From Pirellula staleyi DSM 6068 (lineage in GTDB: Bacteria; Planctomycetota; Planctomycetia; Pirellulales; Pirellulaceae): a stretch of 32,000 nt of DNA. The notes under the pieces were generated by a model, which searched no databases, was not told the DNA's origin, and was given only the letters and a program-made list of their open reading frames with translations. Position numbers and translations under genes: made by a program. This document shows positions 16,301 to 24,700 of the stretch, piece by piece. Location: positions 2,130,001 to 2,162,000 of the forward strand of contig CP001848.1 in NCBI GenBank assembly GCA_000025185.1, given 5' to 3'. Each line of letters opens with the position of its first letter. Within the stretch, counting starts at the first letter, position 1.

Positions 16301-17335
16301 ACGAGCAGCAAGACATGGTCGCGCGAGGATCGCACGCGCGATGAAGATTCGACCTCGCATCCCCTCGTTTCGTGCCTCGAACAGCTCACCGAATCGATGC
16401 TGACGAGCTGGCTCGCCCACAGCCGCACGTTGCGTTTGAGTGTGCTCGAGCGCGTGCACGACAAAACGATGTGGAAAAAAGTGATGGAGTTCATCGAGCG
16501 TTTTGGCTCGGAACTTTTCACCCAGCGTTTCCTGAACCTTGGAAATATCCGCGCGATCTTGCATCAAGGGGTCGCAAGTTGGCTCGACGCCATCGCCTCG
16601 CACGACGACGGTGAAGGGCCCGAAGAATTGCTCAGCGCTCTTTCGTCCGGTCTTCCCAAAGAAGAAGTGGCCGAACAACTGGCGCTGGTGCTCGAAGCGA
16701 TCGTCGAAAACTACGGTGAGTATCGCGACTACAACAGCACGACCACGCAGTCCGATCGTGGCGAGATGCTCTATACGCTGCTTGATTTCCTGAGGCTCCG
16801 CACGCGTTACGACCGGGTCTGCTGGAACCTCAAGCCGGTGGTTCTCGCCCACGAGATCCTGGTCCGCCAAGGAGAAGAGAGTGCTGCCCGCGTGTGGCGC
16901 AAAGCGCTCACCGACCGGATCAACGACGAAGCGAGTCAGTATCTTGTGCGGCTCGCTGACCTGCAAAAGAAGTACGCCATGCGGATGCCGACGGTCGCAG
17001 ATCGGCTGGGGGAGCGATTCATTCGTCCGCTTGCGATCGACCGGATTCGAGCACTCGTCGCGCCAGCGATTGATGAAGCTCGACGCGGGGAAGCATCCGC
17101 GCCGAAGTTTGAGCTCCTCGAGCACGAGACCGAGTTCCTGACGCGCGAGCCGACTGGCGTGGGGCTCGATGTCCCTGCGTGGCTCGTCGCACTTGAGGAA
17201 GAGGTCGAGAACGTTCAGCGACCCGCTTACCAAAAACGATCGGACGACGATCTGGCGGCGTTCATTCCACCCGTGCTGCTGTCGCTGGATCAGTCGCGTA
17301 AGCAAATCGAAGAGTGGTCGACTCGCACCGATTGA
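13304..17335 (+). CDS. Giant (1343 aa) helical-repeat protein of unknown function
   Basis: Uninterrupted GC3-rich frame. GTG at 13304, or ATG at 13331 (MVSPEQ...). Helix-favouring and W/F/L-rich throughout. Charged low-complexity insert GPKKHRRKDDHETTAGDEDDGEN mid-protein (about nt 15350-15430). I saw no Walker A, HExxH or other catalytic motif. Confidence 0.85.
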   Translation: MIPGDGLVSMVSPEQESERLELEQLLGYLNFSTGATDPQFLANLDHLFERSAAVAPIGTWREVGRRLRQKLVELSDTSPVFRNIDQASSVLELVWDFTLPSYLRFHGDLLFHQTHDSLFRPLFVGRVCEAVLRQGPPWADTERIIDGSIAALNDYIGYRPVAALESQKIEPYRKEFVRPVPLYVRGMGVAWGKEREVIQKALELLENTDEDLLREAAFQPQKLEELAFDPRAYDFDHPVNKRPNYHFGQWDPQQIDNSGHYSRFVVQQVTLDALMLRLEDTTDLPREELLVEAAAVLAGTILMASGVCGDGPGMYDSGTTLAKLLPRIARYRDQFYERLFTRIGGEHAARLREESQQKRQPFGGARQHLNAQLARRRASQLEHVHLARIFARMGHVKAARRQADVVPCASARMLCQIDCLLTTGHLACDAGDLEKANSLAPQIFRLLERGIQCGAILDPWNIIGFDAHFSLFPAMENSVRDHRADELVSLMDRLFAFYSRIWSEAAAVDRSDLCDNIRDIFQGVASWWHKFAVHEVSTVEAVDPLVLYRAAEGVADALHVWHRGGAAAGDVAFWAPHAAMFDSPKAYALVIDSLLARKDFVASMALLMSWLGEAERIGLERADSSFHDLGLRWFSEMTSLSTIDPSSPSDAQAAWDKARKFLDYLEANAESFWAVPQFKLGASGPKKHRRKDDHETTAGDEDDGENLFGSAYEGMVYRDSTDDGVQGPIFEQASTSHDELLIESKRVADRLSFLSTVVKLWKLAVVSPAFASVVRMQHDSPQLASRITAMERWRQQAIENREGLARLLATVRDYKIGAPAADHDSMVEYDRRRMTKESLLERIIATSVETADAARMLDAALSAVEASDQSPQLITAEMLPQVREDKLTAAVFASLLRRDVAAVHQNAEKLWENLSELPLLYVPLSKGGSPTEIVAVRIRQHAIQDLLAWLPRLGLWIETCQLLEVARKMERDHPVGPGAVTEFDELFKIGYRAMVESLVTSSKTWSREDRTRDEDSTSHPLVSCLEQLTESMLTSWLAHSRTLRLSVLERVHDKTMWKKVMEFIERFGSELFTQRFLNLGNIRAILHQGVASWLDAIASHDDGEGPEELLSALSSGLPKEEVAEQLALVLEAIVENYGEYRDYNSTTTQSDRGEMLYTLLDFLRLRTRYDRVCWNLKPVVLAHEILVRQGEESAARVWRKALTDRINDEASQYLVRLADLQKKYAMRMPTVADRLGERFIRPLAIDRIRALVAPAIDEARRGEASAPKFELLEHETEFLTREPTGVGLDVPAWLVALEEEVENVQRPAYQKRSDDDLAAFIPPVLLSLDQSRKQIEEWSTRTD

Positions 17336-17360
17336 TGTGCGCCGCACCGCTGAGTGGCTT

Positions 17361-18782
17361 CTACTGCGAAGCTGCCACCGCCGCGCCAGTTTGCAGCCTC
17401 ACTTCGGCGATGATTTTTTCTTCGACATCGTCGGCCCAGCGCCCTGGCAGACCGTAGTAGACCATCGCGCCACCCCCTTCGTAGCCACCTTCCTTAAGGA
17501 CCCGCAGCGAGGGGATATAGGCCATCACATCGTTGGCATAGCCGGTGATCAGGAGCGTTTTCTCGGGCTGCTCCTTCGCAATTCGGAGCGCGTAGTCAAC
17601 CACCACTTCTCCGCCGAGCGCGACCCACGTCACTTCGTTGCCGAGCTTCCAGGTTTGCACCGGATAGGGATAGGTCGACGGAAGCGGCTCGCCACGCTCG
17701 AGAATCGCCAGAAGCGATTTCGCGCGCGCCTGTTCGTACTTGTTCGTCCCGCGGAGCGCCGCTTCGAGCATTTCGCGCGTCGGCAGATCGGTCAGCCCCA
17801 GATCGATGGTGCGATAGCTGGCCGACAGCTGCGGCTGAATCACACGCTGCTGTTTCGCGAGCGCCTCGCTGGTCGCAGATGCGAGCTGCGCGCCATAGCT
17901 GCGAGCCAGTTCGACGGTGCGACGTGGCAGTGGATTTTGGTCGGCACCGCATCCGGCCCAAAACAGCGCCACTGCCCCCGGATGCTCTTTTTCGAGCAAT
18001 TCGCAGGCAAATCCAGGGTAGTCAGCGCACCACTCGTAGCCCGAAAGGGTCGTCGCGTGACATGCGTAGCCCAAGAGAATGGCGCGAGTCGCTCCGTCGC
18101 TGCCGCGCGCGAGGATCACCGGTACACGATGATCGCTCGGCCCTTGGATCGACTTGGAAGCTTGGAGCCGAGGAACTTCGGCCTCGACATTGGTCCGCCG
18201 ATTCACCGCGAACGTGGCGACCGCTTCACTGTAGAGGAGTGTCCCCGGCGCGAGGCTCGCGATCGCCTCTTCGACCGACTGCACAATCTTCTCGCCGAGC
18301 GAGCGAGTGTAGCGATCAACTTTGCGCTGTTCCTCTTCGGAGAGGACCAGTTCATACATCGGCCGCAGCACTTTGGTAGCGACCGGTCCGCTGTGCGTGT
18401 GCGACGTGCTGAGCATCACCGCAGCACGCGGGAGCTGATGTTGTTTTTCGATCGCGCGGCAAACATCGGCGGCGAACTCGCGATCGATCCCCACGAGGTC
18501 GAGTGTCACAAGCGCAGCGCGGCGTCCATCGGCATCCTCGAGCAGCACGCACTTGGCAAACAGCTCGGTCAACTTCCCTTCCGCAGGCTTGGTGCGCGAG
18601 GCATAGCCTGCCATCCAAAGCGGCACTTCGGGAGTGATCACCACTTTGCTGACACCGATTTTCCACGTCTTTTCCGCGGAAAAAGTGCTGTTGATGGCCA
18701 GCAGACATAGAATCGCAGCCAGCGCCGCGATTAGAGTCGATTGGCCCGCAGTTCGCGGAGGGGATACAGCGTGTCGCGCCAT
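17361..18782 (-). CDS. Neutral/alkaline ceramidase N-terminal-domain-like secreted hydrolase
   Basis: Trimmed to ATG 18782 (MARHAV...) with signal peptide STLIAALAAILCLLAINSTFSA. KIGVSKVVITPEVPLWMAGYASR, ALVTLDLVGI and MLSTSHTHSGP match the ceramidase_alk N-terminal pattern. The track's 582-aa version runs through the upstream GT2 gene. Confidence 0.65.
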   Translation of the reverse strand: MARHAVSPPRTAGQSTLIAALAAILCLLAINSTFSAEKTWKIGVSKVVITPEVPLWMAGYASRTKPAEGKLTELFAKCVLLEDADGRRAALVTLDLVGIDREFAADVCRAIEKQHQLPRAAVMLSTSHTHSGPVATKVLRPMYELVLSEEEQRKVDRYTRSLGEKIVQSVEEAIASLAPGTLLYSEAVATFAVNRRTNVEAEVPRLQASKSIQGPSDHRVPVILARGSDGATRAILLGYACHATTLSGYEWCADYPGFACELLEKEHPGAVALFWAGCGADQNPLPRRTVELARSYGAQLASATSEALAKQQRVIQPQLSASYRTIDLGLTDLPTREMLEAALRGTNKYEQARAKSLLAILERGEPLPSTYPYPVQTWKLGNEVTWVALGGEVVVDYALRIAKEQPEKTLLITGYANDVMAYIPSLRVLKEGGYEGGGAMVYYGLPGRWADDVEEKIIAEVRLQTGAAVAASQ

Positions 18783-20014
18783 TTGATGCCACCTTGCCAA
18801 AGTGTGAGGAACATCGAGCGATAGTTGATAAACACAAACATCAGCACACAGAAAGGAAACAGCAGCGCTTCGATCGGAGGTCGCTTGAGACTGCGTGCCG
18901 CGGCAATTGCAATCGCATAGATCGTGACTGCAGAGGCGATGAAGAGCCAGCGTCCTTCGCCGTGCGAAGTGAAGCAGGCAACAAACGGCCAGCAAAACGT
19001 GTTGATGAGGGTCGCGGTGCCGATGATCACTCCGATGATGCTGTAGTTCATCGCCGCGAAGCAATTTTTTTCGAGCCCTACGACCACTTCCCAAAGCGTG
19101 GCATACCACTCGACCGAGATCATGCCGACTCCCGACTGCATCTCTTGCTTGAGTCCTGCGTGCTTGATCAGCCGACCGAGCATCACATCGTCATCGGGGC
19201 GCATGCGGAGTGGCTGAAGGCCACCGATTTTCAGGAGCGCTTCGCGCCGCACGAGGTTGTAGGCCCCGATGCCGACGTAGGCTCGGCTACGTGGATTGGC
19301 TGCTGCCCAAGGACGCGTGAAGAGGGTGAACATTACCGAAAACATCACCACAAACGAGCGGAGCAAAAGGGATGGCATCTCGACCGTGGGGCCGAGCGTC
19401 AGGTGATCGAGCCCGCTCGATTGCATATGCGCGACGGTTCGTCGGAGTACGGTCGGATCGTGCACAATATCGGCATCGGTAAACAAAACGTACTCGCCGC
19501 GCGCGTTCTCGAGACCATAGTGGAGCGCATGATTCTTGCCGAGCCAGCCCGCCGGCAGCTCGCTGATATTCACTACCTGCAGCTGCGGATGCTCGAGCGC
19601 AAGACGGCTTAGAATCTCTCCCGTGGCGTCGGTCGAGCGATCGTTGACGACCAGCAGTTCGTAGTGGGGATAGTCGATCGCCAGGAGCGACCGCAGCGCC
19701 CCTTCGATGCCGCGCGCTTCGTTGCGGGCGGGAACGACAATCGATACCAGCGGCAGTTCTCCTGTGGGAAGCGGCAGGTCCTTCGTCCAGCGGATTTGCC
19801 GCCCGCCAAAGTGCAGAATCGCCAGCAGCATCAGCGACCAAGCGAAACTCATTCCCCCCCAAACGATCCACGCCTCGCGCGTCATCGACCACACCAAAAT
19901 CGAAATCGCCAACTGGTAAATCAGAATCAAGGGTGAGTGTCCTTCGGCGTAGTCGATAACCGGAATTTCGAGGAAGGCATCATGCTGTGTCGCGACATCG
20001 CTGGCAAGCTGCAC
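18731..20014 (-). CDS. Integral-membrane family-2 glycosyltransferase (CrtQ/CruC/HpnB-like lipid GT group)
   Basis: GTG start. LVSIVVPARNE, LLVVNDRSTD, YVLFTDADIV, GAYNLVRREALLKIGG and RPDDDVMLGRLIK, with hydrophobic helices at both ends. Substrate is unknown. Confidence 0.8.
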   Translation of the reverse strand: MQLASDVATQHDAFLEIPVIDYAEGHSPLILIYQLAISILVWSMTREAWIVWGGMSFAWSLMLLAILHFGGRQIRWTKDLPLPTGELPLVSIVVPARNEARGIEGALRSLLAIDYPHYELLVVNDRSTDATGEILSRLALEHPQLQVVNISELPAGWLGKNHALHYGLENARGEYVLFTDADIVHDPTVLRRTVAHMQSSGLDHLTLGPTVEMPSLLLRSFVVMFSVMFTLFTRPWAAANPRSRAYVGIGAYNLVRREALLKIGGLQPLRMRPDDDVMLGRLIKHAGLKQEMQSGVGMISVEWYATLWEVVVGLEKNCFAAMNYSIIGVIIGTATLINTFCWPFVACFTSHGEGRWLFIASAVTIYAIAIAAARSLKRPPIEALLFPFCVLMFVFINYRSMFLTLWQGGIKWRDTLYPLRELRANRL

Positions 20015-20028
20015 AGCTCTCGTTCTGT

Positions 20029-20057
20029 TTGACGTTGTACATCACGATAGCGATACT
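20029..20057 (+). promoter_or_regulatory. Sigma70-like promoter candidate for the toxin-antitoxin pair
   Basis: TTGACG (20029-20034), 17-nt spacer containing the palindrome TGTACA, GATACT (20052-20057). TTGTAC recurs at 20105-20110. Confidence 0.3.
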
Positions 20058-20150
20058 AGGAGTAGTTATAGAGCTTGGGTCTTGCAGTAACGGACGCTGG
20101 TGATTGTACGTCGGGGACATCCCAAGCAGTATGGAATTCGAGAGTTTGTT

Positions 20151-20354
20151 ATGACCAATGAAGCTGCCGATGTGATTGCAAAGTACGACCAATTGCCGGT
20201 CGAAGCTCAGCAGCATGTGCTCCTCGAACTGCTGCGACGGACACCGCTTTCGCAGGACCAGCTTGCAGACCATGAACTCACGCAACTAGCCGACTCACTT
20301 TTCCAACAACTCGACGCCGAGGAAGCTCATGCCGACGATGCCTCTTCGCGGTGA
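20151..20354 (+). CDS. Putative antitoxin, small acidic helical protein
   Basis: ATG 20151 (MTNEAADVIAKYDQLPVEAQQHVLLELL...). Acidic C-terminus (LDAEEAHADDASSR). Its 3' end overlaps the toxin start by 26 nt. No RHH, AbrB or HTH motif recognised. A GTG at 20100 is an alternative start. Confidence 0.55.
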   Translation: MTNEAADVIAKYDQLPVEAQQHVLLELLRRTPLSQDQLADHELTQLADSLFQQLDAEEAHADDASSR

Positions 20355-20652
20355 GGTGTGGGTGGTCGATTTGGGAATGGTGGCCAAAATTCGTCCCGCT
20401 TTGGTGCTGAGTATTTCGGCCGTTGATGCAAACGATCGGTCGCTCGTCACGATCGTGCCCCATACTACCAGTGTTCGTGGTTCTCGCTTCGAAGTGAACG
20501 TGCCAGTGAAGTTTCTAAAGGCTGGAGCGTTCGACGCACAAAATCTTCTCACCATTCCCACTGTAAAGCTCGTCAGGTTGCTCGGTAAGCTCACTGACGA
20601 ACAGCTGCAGCAGGTGGAGCATGTCGTTCAGCTGTGGCTTGGTTTTCGCTAA
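20329..20652 (+). CDS. PemK/MazF-family toxin (mRNA interferase)
   Basis: RGEVWVVDLG....IRPALVLS...VTIVPHTTSVRGSRFEV...AFDAQNLLTIPTVKL fits the MazF/PemK pattern. Start is 20329 or 20338. Confidence 0.8.
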   Translation: MPTMPLRGEVWVVDLGMVAKIRPALVLSISAVDANDRSLVTIVPHTTSVRGSRFEVNVPVKFLKAGAFDAQNLLTIPTVKLVRLLGKLTDEQLQQVEHVVQLWLGFR

Positions 20653-20671
20653 GCCGATTGCCCGATATTCT

Positions 20672-20690
20672 TGCGAAATACTGCGAAATA
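20672..20690. repeat. Tandem TGCGAAATA x2
   Basis: TGCGAAATA-c-TGCGAAATA (20672-20680 and 20682-20690), 20 nt after the toxin stop codon. Confidence 0.5.
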
Positions 20691-20740
20691 GCCGCACCTT
20701 GCAGAGGCCCAAGGTTTCGTGCCAAGGGAGGCCGGATGCA

Positions 20741-21694
20741 TTACTCCTTGACGCTCGATGTGAGCGGCAGAAGCTCGCGCGCGTTATCGCTGCTAATCTT
20801 CAGCAGCACTTCGGGAGGCAGCTCGATCTTGGTTTGAAAGAGTTCGAATTGGGGGACATCTTGCTTGGGAGCGAGGTAGTCGGTTCCAAAGAGAATCCGA
20901 TCTTGGTGACGGATCAGGAATTCGCGACCGAACACTAGATCGCGGCTGATAGCGCCGGCGCCACTGCCAGCCGAGAGGTCGCAGTAGAGGTTCTTATAGG
21001 TCTTCAGCAGATGATCGAGCGCGCCGGGCTGATCGATCTTTCCTTTGGGATAGCCGCCGAGATCGGCTGCAGAGATACCCCCAGCGATCGAGGCCCAAAA
21101 GCCGGGTCCATGGCCGATAAAGCGACCTTCGGGAAAGCTCTGCAGCACCTTTTCGAGTCCCGGTAGCCCCGGTTTATCGGTGTTGCGCTGCTGATCGAGA
21201 TGAAACAGCAGCGGCAGCTTCAGTTCGGCACACGACCCGTAGAGGGTCATGCTTCTCGGGTCGTCGATGGAGATGCCTGGCTTGTGTTCGCCAAAACCAA
21301 GACAGCCCGCCTCTTGCCATTTTTTCAGGATGTCGAGCAGTCCCTTTTTGCCGCCGCTATAGCTGGTGCGGGGATCGATCGAGCAGAACGGAAGGAGCCG
21401 ATCGCGAAAGGGGCGTGTGGCTTCGAGGACGAAGTCGGTGGTGATCAGATAGCTCGACGACTCAGGCGAAGTGAGCGGCAGGACGACGGCATGCGTGATG
21501 TGGTGAGCATCCATCCAGCGGAGCAAGGTTTCGGCCGAGAGGGGCTCGGTGGTGTTCCAGGTTTGGCCCAAATGCGTGTGGATATCGATGTAAGCCGGTG
21601 GAGCGGGCTGGGGCTCTTCGGCGGCAATTCGATGGGCGATAGGGGAGGCGATTACGGCCGACGCAGCAGCGAGGAAGGTTCGTCGCGAGATCAT
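20741..21694 (-). CDS. Tat-exported metal-dependent amidohydrolase (TIM-barrel)
   Basis: ATG 21694 gives MISRRTFLAAASAV (twin-arginine SRRTFL). The IDIHTHLG metal-binding motif follows. The stop of the upstream heme-protein gene is 55 nt before it, so an operon is likely. Confidence 0.8.
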   Translation of the reverse strand: MISRRTFLAAASAVIASPIAHRIAAEEPQPAPPAYIDIHTHLGQTWNTTEPLSAETLLRWMDAHHITHAVVLPLTSPESSSYLITTDFVLEATRPFRDRLLPFCSIDPRTSYSGGKKGLLDILKKWQEAGCLGFGEHKPGISIDDPRSMTLYGSCAELKLPLLFHLDQQRNTDKPGLPGLEKVLQSFPEGRFIGHGPGFWASIAGGISAADLGGYPKGKIDQPGALDHLLKTYKNLYCDLSAGSGAGAISRDLVFGREFLIRHQDRILFGTDYLAPKQDVPQFELFQTKIELPPEVLLKISSDNARELLPLTSSVKE

Positions 21695-21749
21695 CGTGAG
21701 CGTTCCGTTTTTGGAGAGTGCGGCGCGGGGAATTGGCAACAGCAGCCTG

Positions 21750-24700
21750 CTAGGGGAGGCTCATGATGAAAGCAATCAGGTCGGCGAGATTTTGCTCGGT
21801 GAGGTCGCGCTCGAGTCCTTCTGGCATCAGCGATTTACCGGTACTTCGAAGTTGATCGATTTCGCTTCGCAGGAGGGAGTCGCTTTGATTCTGCGCGCGG
21901 CGAAGAGTAATGCTGGTAGCGTTCTCGCTGGCGAGCATGCCAGTGGCGGTGCGGCCGTCGGTGGTGAGGGCGACATAGCTGAGGAATTGCGGATTCACTT
22001 CGCGACTCGGGTCCATTACGGCGAGCACAATCGCGCTGGCGCCGCGGGCTTTCATCGCGGCGAGATTCGGGCCGATTTCAAAACCGTCGTTCTCGACCTT
22101 ATGACACGCAGCACAGACGCGCTTATACACCTCGCGTCCGCGCGCCGCATCGCCGGCGAGCGCGAGAGATTTTTCATAGGTCGCCACGACTTCCGCGCGT
22201 GATGATTTCGAGAGTTTTTCCGCCAGGTTGCTCGCCAGTTGTGCCAGGGGCTGATGCTTGTCTTTCGTCCAGAGCGCGAGACGCTCGAGCGGCACTTCCG
22301 TGAGGGGGAGTTTCCCGTTCGCCACTTGCTCGAGCAGCAGCGCGGCCCAGGCGGGGCGCGATGCGAGCGCTTCGATCGCTGCTGCGTGAGGCTGCGGCGC
22401 AAGAGAAGACAAATGCGCTAGAACGATTTCGATGAGCGCGCGATCAGTGGACTGCTTGGCGACCTCGATCGCTGCAACTTGAAGTGCCGGGGGTGTACTG
22501 GGGTGGAGCAGCGCCTCGAGCGTGGCCGATAGCTGCTCGGCGGAAGCTTGCCGCGCGATCGCGAGCGCTTCGAGCCGCTGAGCGAGTGGCAGGTCGGTTT
22601 GCGCGACATCGGCCAGCGAGCGCTTGATGGCCTGCGCCATCAGCGTGTCGCTCTTACCAGCAGTCGCTTCACGCAGCGCAATTCGGAGCGGATCGCCCGC
22701 TGGCAGGGCCAATTCGGCGATGATTTTCACGAGCATCAAGTGGTCGGATATCGCTTCCGACTGCGAGAGCTTCGCGGCCAGTGAGCGAAGGATGGCTAGG
22801 TCTTCATTGCGCTGCTGCGCATTGATCTGCGCGAGCAAATTGCGCCGCAAGCTGGGTGGCACATGGTCGCGATGCTCTTTCCGCGTGATCGCTTCGAGCA
22901 GGGGACCGGCACCTTGGGGGACCGCGCTTTGAAGTGCTGTGAGCAGTCCTGCGACTTCGCTGATTTGGTGCGCGAGAGTCGCGAGCAATTCGTAGCGCTC
23001 GTTGCTGGTCGAACTTCCCAAAGAGAAAGCGATTTGACGCACGACCCAAGGGGAAAGGTTGGGCTGGCGACCAAGTGCAAGCAGAGCCTGCTCGATTTCA
23101 GGATGATCAGCGAGCAGCGGCTCGGAGAGTTGCACACCATTTTGCACCACGCGCGGATGTGAGTCGCCGAGCAGTGTCGCGACAGTTGCCGCATCGAGTT
23201 CACCAGCGCACGCCAACAGATGCGCCGCTTGCACTTTTGCAGCAGGCGATTTCGTCGCGCGAATCAGTTCGCGGAGCTGGGGAGGTGCAGCGCTGGCCTG
23301 CTGCTGGCGCAGTAAGCGGGCGGCGGTATCGCGATGCCAACCATCTTGATGTGCGAGCAGCTTGACGAGCGCGGCGGTTTCGAGCTGGTGCAGCGGCTGA
23401 AACTTCGCGGGCTGTGCAGCTTTGGGGGCTAGACGATAGATCCGTCCTCGATTGTTGCCGCTGGTGAGATCGAGATGTCGTTTGAGTTCGAGCGGAATGC
23501 TACTGGGGTGTTCGATCGTTTCGCGATACATGTCGAGCACCAGCAGCGATCCATCGGGAGCGGCCACGAACTGCACCGGACGAAACCAGTTGTCGGTGGA
23601 GGTGACGATCTCGGTCTTGTCGTCGATGCGATAGCCGGTGTAGGTGCCCTGTGTGTCGTCGAGTCGTTTGCGGTGGATGAGATTGCTGCCGACATCGGCG
23701 ACGAAGACTTCACCGCAGTTCTGTTTCGACCAGGCGCTACCACGGTAGATCGTCACACCGGTTGCTGAGGTGAAATAGCCCGAGGCTCGACCACCCCCTT
23801 CGACGATTCCTTTGACGACCCCTTGGACACGCCACTCGGTCCGAATGATTCGCCACGGTTCGACGGGGCTGGTTCGGTAGACATCAGCTTGGGGGCCATC
23901 GGCGGCGATAGGGGCGCGCGTGAGCGCGCGCATTTGTTGGTTTTGCGCAAGATATTGATCGCAGGTGGTAATGAGTTGCAGATGGTCGCTGTTACTGCAA
24001 ACGAACCAATCCCCCCAGTCGCTCGTCGACTTGCCATGCTGTCCACCGCCGCTGGTGGCGGTGATCTTCCAGGTGAGTGGGTTGATGGCAAAGTCGCGAC
24101 CTGAAAGCAACAGCGGAGGCTGATCGGGGAACATGGGCTGAGTGAGCTTGGCTCCGCTGCTGCTCGTCGCGCCGTGGATCTGGCCGTCGATCCCCCAGAG
24201 CAATGAATTGACGAGTCCCTGGACGTTCGACGTGCCAAAACCAGTAGCGATGAGCTTCCGCTCGTCGGCCACACCATCGCCGTTGTTGTCGATCAGCAGC
24301 AGCAGATCGGGGGCGTCAGCGACGAGCACGCCATGGGTGGTGCAGAACAGGGCAGTGGGCCAGCGGAGTCGATCGGCCACCACGAGTCGCTGGTCGTAAG
24401 TCCCGTCGCCATCGGTATCTCGGAGTCGTGCGACCGACCCCAGATGGTCCTCCTGGTGCTCGCTATAGCCGCGCATTTCGGCCACATAGAGGTCGCCCGA
24501 GGCATCGATGTGGGCCGCGACAGGGTCGTAGACGAGGGGTTCAGCAGCCACGAGCGACAACGCGAACGGATCGGCGACGGCGAATGTTTTCAGTGCCTCG
24601 GCCGGTTCGCGGGGCGGGATGCGGGGGAGCTTCTGCTGCAAGTCGTCCGTCGGGAGTCTGGTTCCGGTCGGTGCGGCTTGGCTGGATGAATTCGTGGCTT

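Noticed and set aside
15590-17347. 585-aa minus-strand ORF antisense to the giant gene (also 13652..14578, 308 aa)
   Set aside because: It has Arg-rich, low-information composition. The sense frame has far better codon bias and protein-like sequence.
17169-18710. 513-aa plus-strand ORF
   Set aside because: It is antisense to the ceramidase-like gene, which has recognisable family motifs and a signal peptide. The ORF itself is R-rich and motif-free.
17361-19109. Full 582-aa version of the ceramidase-like ORF
   Set aside because: The first 109 codons overlap the GT2 coding region in another frame and are C/H/R-rich nonsense. The signal peptide begins right after the internal ATG at 18782.
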